A stretch of DNA of 64,000 bases from contig DATCTW010000054.1 of assembly GCA_036567745.1 (NCBI GenBank), positions 37,488-101,487 of the forward strand, written 5' to 3'. The notes under the pieces were generated by a model. That model was not told where the DNA came from. It did not search any database and worked only from the letters and a program-made list of their open reading frames with translations. The position numbers and the translations under genes are program-made. Positions 1 through 8,162 of this stretch are shown here, piece after piece (position 1 is the stretch's first letter; every line of letters starts with the position of its first letter). The DNA comes from Ignavibacteria bacterium. Lineage in GTDB: Bacteria > Bacteroidota > Ignavibacteria > DATCTW01.

Positions 1-26
1 AATTTATATTAAAGTCAAGTTTTAAT

Positions 27-1784
27 TTGCAATCGATTGGTGATTTTTATGAGAAGGTACTAAGTATAAAGTTCAAGTTTAAAAATAAAAGGATTAAAGT
101 TGTTTTTGATAATTCTTTAAGAAAGCAAAAGGGTGTTTTTTATACGCCTCAATCAATCGTTGAGTTAATGATATCTGAGGTTTTAAAAGATAAGAAAAAC
201 TCTAATAATAAATTATACCTAAAAGTCTTTGACCCGTCATGTGGAACAGGAAATTTTTTAGTGGAATTTTTTAATAAATTTCTCACACAGAATAATGAAA
301 AGAAAACTTTAAAAAATTTATCAAAAAAACAAATATCTCTTTTTAATGATGAAATAATAAAGAATGAAATATCTTTAAAGGAGAAAAAAAATATAATTAA
401 AGAATTTATATTTGGTATTGATGTTGATCCAATAGCTATTAGGCTTTTAAAAACAATTTTTTTATTGAAGCTTTATGAAAATGAGAAAAACTTTAAAATT
501 GATAAAAGCTTAATAAAAATTCTGGATAAAAATTTGATAACCGGTAACTTCTTAAATTCAATTGAAAATGAAAAAGATAATATTCTAAACAAAAATTATA
601 AAAAAGGTTTTGATGTTATTATAGGCAATCCTCCATGGGTTACGATAAGGAAAAATGAAATTGGGAAAAGGAAATGGGATGAGTTGCGAAAACAGTATAA
701 ATCAGTTTCTATCTTTAAATTTAATTTATTCCCGATTTTTCTTGAAAAGTGCATAAGTATGATGAAAAAAGATACTATGATATCTTTTATTATACCTCAA
801 AGATTGCTTGATGCTCCAAGTTATTTTCATTTAAGAAATATTATGATTGATCAAAAATTGATTAGAAGAATCTTGAAAATTAATTCAAACAATTTTGATG
901 GTGTTGTTGCTGATTCGGTAATAATATTTCTTGATAAGGTAGAAAAAAGTTTTATTGAGATTAAGAATTATGATGCAAATAATACTCTTTTGAGTATAGA
1001 TAAACTAAATTATGAAAGCATAAAATCAAGTAATTATAAAATTAATATTTCTACATCTACTCGTCATAAAGGATTAATTACAAAGATTGAAAAGCAAAGC
1101 AAGGAATTGAAAAATTATTTTTCTGTTCATGTAGGAATGATGGTTAAAAAAAGAAAAGATATGTTAAAAAACTTTGATGTAGGTGAGCCAATTATTACTT
1201 CCAAGTGTTTTTATGATTATTCCGCAATAAAACCCAAATTTCTAGATTTATCAAAAGCTAAAATATATGGTGGTCTAAAAGATTTTAAAAAGCATTCAAT
1301 AACACCTAAACTAATTATAAAAAAAACCGGCAACAAAATAATATCTACATTAGAGCCTTATGGTTCTTTAGTTGAACAATCATGTTATTTATTACTTCCA
1401 AAGTCTAAGATCGATATATTCTTTTTCTTGGCACTACTTAATTCAAAATTAATTAATTTTTATTATAGAGTTAATCTCATAACTAATCCAGTTTCATTCC
1501 CATATATTCAACATTATGATTTAGAAAAACTACCATTATTTGATATTGAAAAAATAGTTAATAAAAAAGAATTAATTGAAGAAATTTCAAATGAATCAAA
1601 AAAAATTATAACATTGGAACAGACATTTTTACAGAAAGAAAAGAACAGGAGTAAAATAGTGATTGAAAAAAAGAAGGATAATATTAATGAAATGATTTAT
1701 AAATTATATGATTTATCTCAATCTGAAGTAAATGAAATAAATATGTTTGAAAAAAATTATTTTTTAAGTAAATCAGATACTTGA
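27..1784 (+). CDS. N6-adenine DNA methyltransferase (gamma-class) with C-terminal target-recognition domain; reading frame is open to the window edge, so the 5' end may lie upstream
   Basis: Motif I-like 'FDPSCGTGNFL' and catalytic 'GNPPW' (NPPY/W-type) seen in the translation; C-terminal 'LLNSKLINFYY' resembles TaqI/Eco57I-type TRDs; first in-frame start is TTG at 27 with no upstream stop before position 1. Confidence 0.8.
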   Translation: MQSIGDFYEKVLSIKFKFKNKRIKVVFDNSLRKQKGVFYTPQSIVELMISEVLKDKKNSNNKLYLKVFDPSCGTGNFLVEFFNKFLTQNNEKKTLKNLSKKQISLFNDEIIKNEISLKEKKNIIKEFIFGIDVDPIAIRLLKTIFLLKLYENEKNFKIDKSLIKILDKNLITGNFLNSIENEKDNILNKNYKKGFDVIIGNPPWVTIRKNEIGKRKWDELRKQYKSVSIFKFNLFPIFLEKCISMMKKDTMISFIIPQRLLDAPSYFHLRNIMIDQKLIRRILKINSNNFDGVVADSVIIFLDKVEKSFIEIKNYDANNTLLSIDKLNYESIKSSNYKINISTSTRHKGLITKIEKQSKELKNYFSVHVGMMVKKRKDMLKNFDVGEPIITSKCFYDYSAIKPKFLDLSKAKIYGGLKDFKKHSITPKLIIKKTGNKIISTLEPYGSLVEQSCYLLLPKSKIDIFFFLALLNSKLINFYYRVNLITNPVSFPYIQHYDLEKLPLFDIEKIVNKKELIEEISNESKKIITLEQTFLQKEKNRSKIVIEKKKDNINEMIYKLYDLSQSEVNEINMFEKNYFLSKSDT

Positions 1785-1831
1785 CATTCTCAATTATTCT
1801 AAATATATTCCAAACAAAAATTTTTGGAGTT

Positions 1832-3373
1832 ATGCTTTCCACTATTTTAAGTTGTACCACGTATGGGATAAATGCCTATATCGTAAAAGTCGAGACTCAT
1901 ATTGAATCTGCAAGTTTTGGGTATTTCAATATAGTGGGTTTGCCGGATACTTCTGTTAAAGAAAGTAAGGATAGAGTTGTTTCGGCGATAAAGAATTGTG
2001 GTTTTAGTTTACCTATAAGGCGAATAGTAGTAAATCTGGCTCCCGCAGATATTAAGAAAGAGGGCTCCGGATTTGATTTACCTATAGCGTTAGGTATAAT
2101 TGCTGCTCAAAATGAAGAGTTATTAGAGAGAATAAAAGATTATGTTTTTGTTGGTGAATTATCACTTGATGGGAAGTTGAGACCTGTAAAAGGTGCTCTT
2201 TCTATGGCTATTGAAGCAAAGAATCAGAATGTTAAGGGAATTATTCTTCCAATTTCAAATGCTAGAGAAGCAGGTATAGTAAAAGGGTTAAATGTATACC
2301 CTATGGAAAATTTTAATAATGTAATTGATTTTTTAAATAATCAAATAAATATAAGCCCAATTGAAATAAATGTTGAGGAGATTTTTAAAAGTGATTCAAA
2401 ATATAATTTAGATTTTGCTGATGTTAAAGGTCAGGAGAATGTTAAAAGATCTCTAGAGGTAGCAGCTGCTGGTGCGCATAATGTTATTATGATTGGTCCT
2501 CCGGGCTCCGGAAAAACAATGCTAGCAAAAAGAATTCCTTCGATATTACCTCCTTTAACTTTTGAAGAAGCAATAGAAACTACTAAAATTCATTCTATAG
2601 CAGGTTTATTACCACATAATTCAACAGTGCTTACAACCAGGCCATTTAGATCACCTCATCATACGATTTCTGATGCTGCTCTTGTTGGTGGTGGTCAGGT
2701 TCCTCGACCCGGAGAAATATCACTGGCACATTTTGGTGTATTATTCCTTGATGAATTACCTGAATTTGCAAGAAATGTTCTTGAAGTGTTACGTCAACCG
2801 CTTGAAGATTCACATGTAACAGTAAGTAGGTCCAAGCTTTCTATTGACTACCCGGCTAATTTTATGCTTGTTTGTGCTATGAATCCTTGTCCCTGTGGTA
2901 ACTATGGAAATCCAAATCAAGAATGTACATGTACAAATCAACAGATACAAAAATATATTTCTAAAATATCTGGTCCACTTATGGATAGAATTGATATTCA
3001 TATTGAGGTTGCCAGTGTTAAATATAAAGAACTTTCAGATAAAAGACATGGAGAACCATCATCAATGATAAGAGAAAGAGTAATAAAAGCACGGGAGATA
3101 CAAAGAAAAAGATTTGAAAATTATAAAAGTGTTTTTACCAATGCCGATATGCAATCAAAAGAAATTAGAGAGTTTTGTAAATTAGATGATAAGTGTGAAA
3201 TTTTATTAAATAATGCCATGACTAAGTTAGGACTATCTGCACGGGCTTATAGTAGAATTTTAAAAGTTTCAAGAACAATAGCTGATTTAGATTCTTCGGA
3301 TAATATAAGAGCTGATCATATAAGTGAAGCTATACAATATAGAAGTCTTGATAAAAATATTTGGTTATCATAA
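1832..3373 (+). CDS. comM: YifB/ComM family Mg-chelatase-like AAA+ ATPase
   Basis: Walker A 'GPPGSGKTML', Lon-like N-terminal region and ChlI-like C-terminal region; start chosen at internal ATG (M18 of the ORF) preceded by GGAG. Confidence 0.85.
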   Translation: MLSTILSCTTYGINAYIVKVETHIESASFGYFNIVGLPDTSVKESKDRVVSAIKNCGFSLPIRRIVVNLAPADIKKEGSGFDLPIALGIIAAQNEELLERIKDYVFVGELSLDGKLRPVKGALSMAIEAKNQNVKGIILPISNAREAGIVKGLNVYPMENFNNVIDFLNNQINISPIEINVEEIFKSDSKYNLDFADVKGQENVKRSLEVAAAGAHNVIMIGPPGSGKTMLAKRIPSILPPLTFEEAIETTKIHSIAGLLPHNSTVLTTRPFRSPHHTISDAALVGGGQVPRPGEISLAHFGVLFLDELPEFARNVLEVLRQPLEDSHVTVSRSKLSIDYPANFMLVCAMNPCPCGNYGNPNQECTCTNQQIQKYISKISGPLMDRIDIHIEVASVKYKELSDKRHGEPSSMIRERVIKAREIQRKRFENYKSVFTNADMQSKEIREFCKLDDKCEILLNNAMTKLGLSARAYSRILKVSRTIADLDSSDNIRADHISEAIQYRSLDKNIWLS

Positions 3374-3465
3374 TAAATATTTTCTTTGCCATTGCAAATT
3401 AAAATAAAATAATATATCTTTTTTATTATAAGTTTTTTAACAATTGATTTAAGGAGATGAATAAT

Positions 3466-4482
3466 ATGAAATTGAGGATTTCATATCTAAGCTATTTTGC
3501 GTTTCTTTTGATTTTTATTGTTTTGGGTTGTGGTGAAAAGAAACCCGAAATAAAACCAGTACCTGAGTTAACAGAATATAAAGATCCTAAATTTGCATTT
3601 TCTATACAGAGACCAAAAGATTGGGTTTCAAGTAGCACTGTTGGAAACGCAAGATTTATTTCTAGTGAAGCCGGAGTAAATAATTTTATTGATCCCTTTA
3701 ATGCAACTAAAGCAAAAGATGCAAGAATACAATTAATTGCTTTTAAAACAGGTGAAACAGCTCAGGATTTAGCAAAAGCTTTTAAAGATACTTCCCTTGC
3801 TGAAGGTAAAATAGTCGATAAAGAAGAAGATATTGAACTTGGTGGAGTAAAAGGTAAAAAAGTTACTATAAGTGCAAACTATGGAAAAGATAAAAAAATG
3901 AAATCATTTAGAGTTTTCTTCGTAAAAGATAGCCTTGCACATATAGTAGATTTTGCTGCTTTTAATGCTGGATACGAAGAGTGGGGACCTACTTTTGATG
4001 CAGTTTTAAAGACAATAAAATTTGGTGTTATTCCTGGTTCAAAGGCAACTGCTGGGGTTATTAAACCTTCAGATACATATGATAATTATTCTACACAGTA
4101 CTTTACAGTTCAATATCCTGATAATTTCAATTTCTCATCTCCTCCAAAAGGTAAAAATGATCTTTCAGTTGAAATGAAGGGCGATAGATTAGATTGTACT
4201 GTAAGAATAGATGTTTTTGGTGCTCAGAAATTAGATGTAGATAAAGTTGTTGCTCAAAATAAAGGTAAATATGTTGGTGCTGGCAATCCTGTTAAAACAA
4301 CTATTGATGGCAATCCTGCTTATTATATTCCATATTCACCAGCAAAGAATATTACAAGTAGAGCATATTTCGTAGTAAAGAATGATAAAGTTATTAGAAT
4401 TACTCTTAATTGGTATACTCCTGAAACTGACACTTATAAACCTGCTTTTGAAAAAGTTGTTGCTTCATTGAAACTTAAGTAA
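3466..4482 (+). CDS. hypothetical lipoprotein
   Basis: Lipoprotein signal peptide ending 'LGCGEK'; start moved to second ATG, which has proper spacing from AGGAG; no recognisable catalytic motif. Confidence 0.55.
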   Translation: MKLRISYLSYFAFLLIFIVLGCGEKKPEIKPVPELTEYKDPKFAFSIQRPKDWVSSSTVGNARFISSEAGVNNFIDPFNATKAKDARIQLIAFKTGETAQDLAKAFKDTSLAEGKIVDKEEDIELGGVKGKKVTISANYGKDKKMKSFRVFFVKDSLAHIVDFAAFNAGYEEWGPTFDAVLKTIKFGVIPGSKATAGVIKPSDTYDNYSTQYFTVQYPDNFNFSSPPKGKNDLSVEMKGDRLDCTVRIDVFGAQKLDVDKVVAQNKGKYVGAGNPVKTTIDGNPAYYIPYSPAKNITSRAYFVVKNDKVIRITLNWYTPETDTYKPAFEKVVASLKLK

Positions 4483-4494
4483 TTGTTTATTGTG

Positions 4495-4532
4495 AAAAAT
4501 CCCAATTTTTAAAATTGGGATTTTTCTTTTTT
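4495..4532 (+). terminator. rho-independent terminator (hairpin plus T-run)
   Basis: Inverted repeat aaaatcccaatttt / aaattgggatttt followed by tcttttttaa. Confidence 0.6.
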
Positions 4533-4558
4533 AATGACTTACCTTTTTATAATCGTTT

Positions 4559-5152
4559 ATGAAAACTCAAATAGTATTAGCAACACAGAACCAACACAAA
4601 GTAAAAGAAATAAAAAGTATACTTTGTGATTTAGATAATATTGAAGTATTGGATTTAAGTTACTTTCCTGAAATGGGACCCGTTAATGAAGATGGAAAAA
4701 CCCTTGAGGAAAATGCTATGAAAAAAGCTAAAGCTGTTTTTGAACATACTCAAGTTCTATCTCTTGCTGATGATACCGGCTTATTTGTTGATTATCTTTT
4801 AGGTGAACCAGGGGTTTACTCTTCAAGATATGCTGGAGAAAATGTAACTTATGAAGATAACAATAAAAAGTTATTAAATGCCTTAAAAGGTGTACCACCT
4901 AGAAAAAGAACAGCTCGTTTCAAATGTTGTGTCGCTTTATGTGGTAAAGAAATACAAAAAACATTTATTGGTGTAACAGAAGGGAAGATACTTTTTAGCC
5001 CCAGAGGTGAAAATGGTTTTGGATATGATCCTATTTTTTTACCAGATGGTTATGATAAAACTTATGCTGAAATGAGCGAAGAAGAAAAGAATAAAGTTAG
5101 TCATAGATATAAAGCCTTACTATTAGCAAAAGATTTTTTGAAAAGTATATAA
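4559..5152 (+). CDS. rdgB: non-canonical purine NTP pyrophosphatase (RdgB/HAM1, dITP/XTPase)
   Basis: N-terminal 'IVLATQNQHKVKEI' and 'FGYDPIF' signatures of the Ham1/RdgB family; about 197 aa. Confidence 0.85.
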   Translation: MKTQIVLATQNQHKVKEIKSILCDLDNIEVLDLSYFPEMGPVNEDGKTLEENAMKKAKAVFEHTQVLSLADDTGLFVDYLLGEPGVYSSRYAGENVTYEDNNKKLLNALKGVPPRKRTARFKCCVALCGKEIQKTFIGVTEGKILFSPRGENGFGYDPIFLPDGYDKTYAEMSEEEKNKVSHRYKALLLAKDFLKSI

Positions 5153-5183
5153 AAAAAGCTACTCATATGAGTAGCTTTTTTTA
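5151..5183. terminator. bidirectional rho-independent terminator between convergent rdgB and rpsU
   Basis: Perfect palindrome agctactcatatgagtagct flanked by an A-run on one side and a T-run on the other. Confidence 0.65.
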
Positions 5184-5196
5184 AAGATAAGAATTA

Positions 5197-5391
5197 TTAA
5201 GATTCTTCAAGAGACATTCTCTGAGCTCTTCGAATTGCTTTAACTTTCTTCATCCTTTTTTTTACGGATGGTTTTGTATAGAAAGTTCTCTTTTTAAATT
5301 CTTTTAGAACTCCTGATCTCTCGTACTTCTTCTTGAAACGTTTGATAGCCTTATCAATAGCTTCGTTTTCCTGTACGATAATACCTACCAA
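5197..5391 (-). CDS. rpsU: 30S ribosomal protein S21
   Basis: 64-aa basic protein 'VQENEAIDKAIKRFKKKYERSGVLKEFKKRTFYTKPS' matching the S21 family pattern. Confidence 0.9.
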   Translation of the reverse strand: MVGIIVQENEAIDKAIKRFKKKYERSGVLKEFKKRTFYTKPSVKKRMKKVKAIRRAQRMSLEES

Positions 5392-5420
5392 AAAATATCA
5401 CCTCACTTTGTTTTGTTTTT

Positions 5421-5939
5421 TTAAGTTTCTTCTATGTTTGTACTTTCTTGTCCGTGTTCTGTATTTTCTTGTTCACTATCCTCATTCACAGTATCGTGTT
5501 CAATGTTTGAATCTAAAGATTCTGTTGGAATAGATGTGGTTTCACTCATAATAATTTCAGTTGATTCTTCTTCGATTTTGAGATTTTCTACAAGTTTTTT
5601 TACACCGGAATTTTTGAATCTTACTACTATAACACTATTACCATTAGAAATAATTTCTTTTGATTCTACTAGACCAACATCATCCCATTCAGCATGAAAA
5701 ATACCATCACCAGGAGAATACTCTTTTAGAGGAGAGTACTCTATACAATTTTCTTTTTCTGGAATTTCCTTTGATTCTTTTTTTTCTTCGTTAATAGTAT
5801 TTAAATCTATACAAAAAGAATGATGGCATCGCGTACATTCGAACCAGCCTTTATTTTCTTCCGGTTCTTTTAAAATGACCATTTTGGTCACTTTTTTACA
5901 TGATGGACAATTTATTTCTTTAAATTTACTTTTAGCCAT
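5421..5939 (-). CDS. hypothetical zinc-ribbon protein with acidic C-terminal tail
   Basis: Two CxxC pairs (CPSCKK ... CTRCHH) near the N-terminus, Glu/Asp-rich C-terminus; immediately upstream of rpsU on the same strand. Confidence 0.5.
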   Translation of the reverse strand: MAKSKFKEINCPSCKKVTKMVILKEPEENKGWFECTRCHHSFCIDLNTINEEKKESKEIPEKENCIEYSPLKEYSPGDGIFHAEWDDVGLVESKEIISNGNSVIVVRFKNSGVKKLVENLKIEEESTEIIMSETTSIPTESLDSNIEHDTVNEDSEQENTEHGQESTNIEET

Positions 5940-6551
5940 ATTTTAATATAATATTATTTTTTAAAACAATCAAGTTAGTTTTTTTAATCTTTGTTATTTT
6001 GTCAAAAAAAACTTTCTAATATAATTTTATCATACTAATTAAAATAATGGATATTTTATTACCTTATGTTTATTATATGAAAAATATTACTTAAATTTAA
6101 ATTGCTTTATGATTATTTTAAGTGGTTAAAAAGTATGTTCAATTAGTTCGTTATAATTCTATTCTCCAACCATGAAATTACTGAATTAGGTTCTTCAAAA
6201 AGCTAAGTAATTAAATTTAAATAATTTTTAATTTCTAATAATGTTTTTTTGATTCTTGATACAAAACAGCATATAATTAAAATAATCAATATGCTATTAA
6301 ATTTATTATTTATGCCTTTTTATGGTATTGCTTTTAAGAATGAAATTGCGAATATTATAGTCAGTATTGTAATAATTTTACTACAGTATAGAGTAAAAAA
6401 TGTATTTTAAATTATACAAAAGTTTATAAAACTTATGCAAATATTTAATTTATTGTAAAATAATAATTTAAATATATTGATAATCCGTTATTTTAAAAAA
6501 AATTATGGCATATTTTTTGAAGTTTTATTGGTAGGAAAAACGGAGGTTATT

Positions 6552-7526
6552 ATGAAAAAGTTTAAAAATTTAATTATTGTGCTAGCATTCTTATCTATTG
6601 CTTCTTTTTTAAATGGATGCTATACACAAATTAGCACAGTAAGAGATGATGATAGCGATAGATATTATTCAACAAGTGATCCATTATATAATTACACAGG
6701 CACTGATTCAACCAGGCCAAACACAATAATCAATAATTATTATATGGATTATCCTCGATATCGTTACTCATTTAATTATTACTACCCTTATAGATTTTAC
6801 AGCTATGATCCATGGTGGGATTTTGATTATGTGTTTTCTTTTAGTTGGGCATTTGGATGGAATACTTGGTATTACCCATACTATCCTTATCCTTATTATT
6901 ACTCACCCTACTACTATCATCCTTTAGTATTTCACTATCCATATAATTGGTATTATAGAGATAGGGATTATTATAGATGGGGGAATGATACTCGATATTT
7001 TGGAAGTACAAGAGGTGGGTCTTCTAGATCATCGGGTGTATCAAGAACTGGAAGTAACTATCCTGGTGTGAATATTAATAGAACGAATGTTAATACAGAA
7101 GTTGATAGAGGTACAAGGACGGGTACAAATGTAAGAACAGATGAATCTACAAGGGGAGCAAGAACTGGTACGGGTGATAATGATAGAAGTGGAGTTAGAT
7201 CTAATAATACTCGAAATAATGAAAATACAAGAAACTCTGGCAACACTAGAGGTAATAGATACGAAAACATATACAACCAAAATACAAACCCTCAACCAAT
7301 TATTAAGGATAATAACAGAAATTTAACACCAGTTCAAATACAACCGAATCCTTCTTCTAGAATTGGAAGGAGTAGTGGTTCGGGTTATAATTATGATCAT
7401 AGCAGTTCAGGAAGTAGATCTTCATCAAGTTCTGGTAATTCAGGAAGAAGCTCTGGTAATTCTGGTGGTTCAAGTAACTCTGGTGGAGGTAATCGAAGTA
7501 GTGGCGCAACAAGAGGAAATAGATAA
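6552..7526 (+). CDS. low-complexity lipoprotein: Tyr/Trp/Pro-rich aromatic block followed by Arg/Gly/Ser/Asn/Thr-rich tail
   Basis: Lipobox 'FLNGC'; 'YYPYYPYPYYYSPYYYHP' block; repeated TRG/RGG/SGNSG motifs; start placed at internal ATG preceded by GGAGG (ORF track starts at 6477). Confidence 0.5.
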   Translation: MKKFKNLIIVLAFLSIASFLNGCYTQISTVRDDDSDRYYSTSDPLYNYTGTDSTRPNTIINNYYMDYPRYRYSFNYYYPYRFYSYDPWWDFDYVFSFSWAFGWNTWYYPYYPYPYYYSPYYYHPLVFHYPYNWYYRDRDYYRWGNDTRYFGSTRGGSSRSSGVSRTGSNYPGVNINRTNVNTEVDRGTRTGTNVRTDESTRGARTGTGDNDRSGVRSNNTRNNENTRNSGNTRGNRYENIYNQNTNPQPIIKDNNRNLTPVQIQPNPSSRIGRSSGSGYNYDHSSSGSRSSSSSGNSGRSSGNSGGSSNSGGGNRSSGATRGNR

Positions 7527-7553
7527 ATTTTAATATATTTTGAAAGAACCGAT

Positions 7554-8156
7554 ATGAAAACAAAGCATTTTATATTATTTGTATCATTTGTGATACTTAT
7601 CTCAGGTTGTTATACAGTTTTAAGGCATCCAGAAGTTCCGAATCAGGATGAAATGGGTAATGTATATCATCAAAATATTGATACAAGAGATAATTGTTAT
7701 AGTTGTCATTCTCAAAGAAATGACCAAATTTATGACTATGAACGATATATGAATTATTATACTGATTATGGGAATGAACACAATTACTATCCACAAAGTA
7801 GATGGGATAGTTATTATAATGTTCCATGGTGGTTTACTCCTCCAAAAGTAACAGTTGGGGTTGGTTCAACTCCAAAACAAGAAACAAATGTTAATAAGTC
7901 AACATCTAATCAAGATAACAATAGTGTTAGAACAAGTGGTTCATCAAGAGGTAGTGATGTAAAAATATCAGCTCCTGCTCCTACAAGAGGAACTACAGGA
8001 AATAGCAATAATACTAGTTCTTCAAACACAAATAATAATAATAATGTAAGTAATTCAAATACTAGAAGCACAAATAGCAATGGTAATAAAACAGATTCTT
8101 CAAATTCAAATAATAATAATGATAAAAGAAATACTGGTTCAACAAGAGGGAAATAG
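7554..8156 (+). CDS. low-complexity lipoprotein (Tyr-rich N-terminal half, Asn/Ser/Thr-rich tail); composition paralog of the upstream gene
   Basis: Lipobox 'ISGC'; 'YYTDYGNEHNYYP...YYNVPWWF'; poly-N/S tail ending 'STRGK' like the upstream protein. Confidence 0.5.
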   Translation: MKTKHFILFVSFVILISGCYTVLRHPEVPNQDEMGNVYHQNIDTRDNCYSCHSQRNDQIYDYERYMNYYTDYGNEHNYYPQSRWDSYYNVPWWFTPPKVTVGVGSTPKQETNVNKSTSNQDNNSVRTSGSSRGSDVKISAPAPTRGTTGNSNNTSSSNTNNNNNVSNSNTRSTNSNGNKTDSSNSNNNNDKRNTGSTRGK

Positions 8157-8162
8157 GTAATT

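Noticed and set aside
2810-3001. 63-aa antisense ORF inside comM, and similar short ORFs fully embedded in or antisense to long confident genes (e.g. 9962-10285, 13746-13943, 15774-15998, 29530-29712, 35937-36140, 38140-38406, 52962-53150, 57070-57264)
   Set aside because: All lie wholly within larger ORFs that have strong family signatures; they are short, lack RBS support, and AT-rich genomes produce many such chance ORFs.
5333-5697. Two plus-strand ORFs (66 and 87 aa) overlapping rpsU and the zinc-ribbon gene
   Set aside because: They are antisense to a confidently identified ribosomal protein gene and its neighbour; their Cys/Ser-rich translation is a mirror artefact of the acidic coding region.
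7041-7563. Four overlapping ORFs in alternative frames within and just after the low-complexity lipoprotein gene
   Set aside because: They are generated by the degenerate tandem repeats of the main frame; only the frame with lipoprotein signal peptide and RBS (6552-7526) is coherent.
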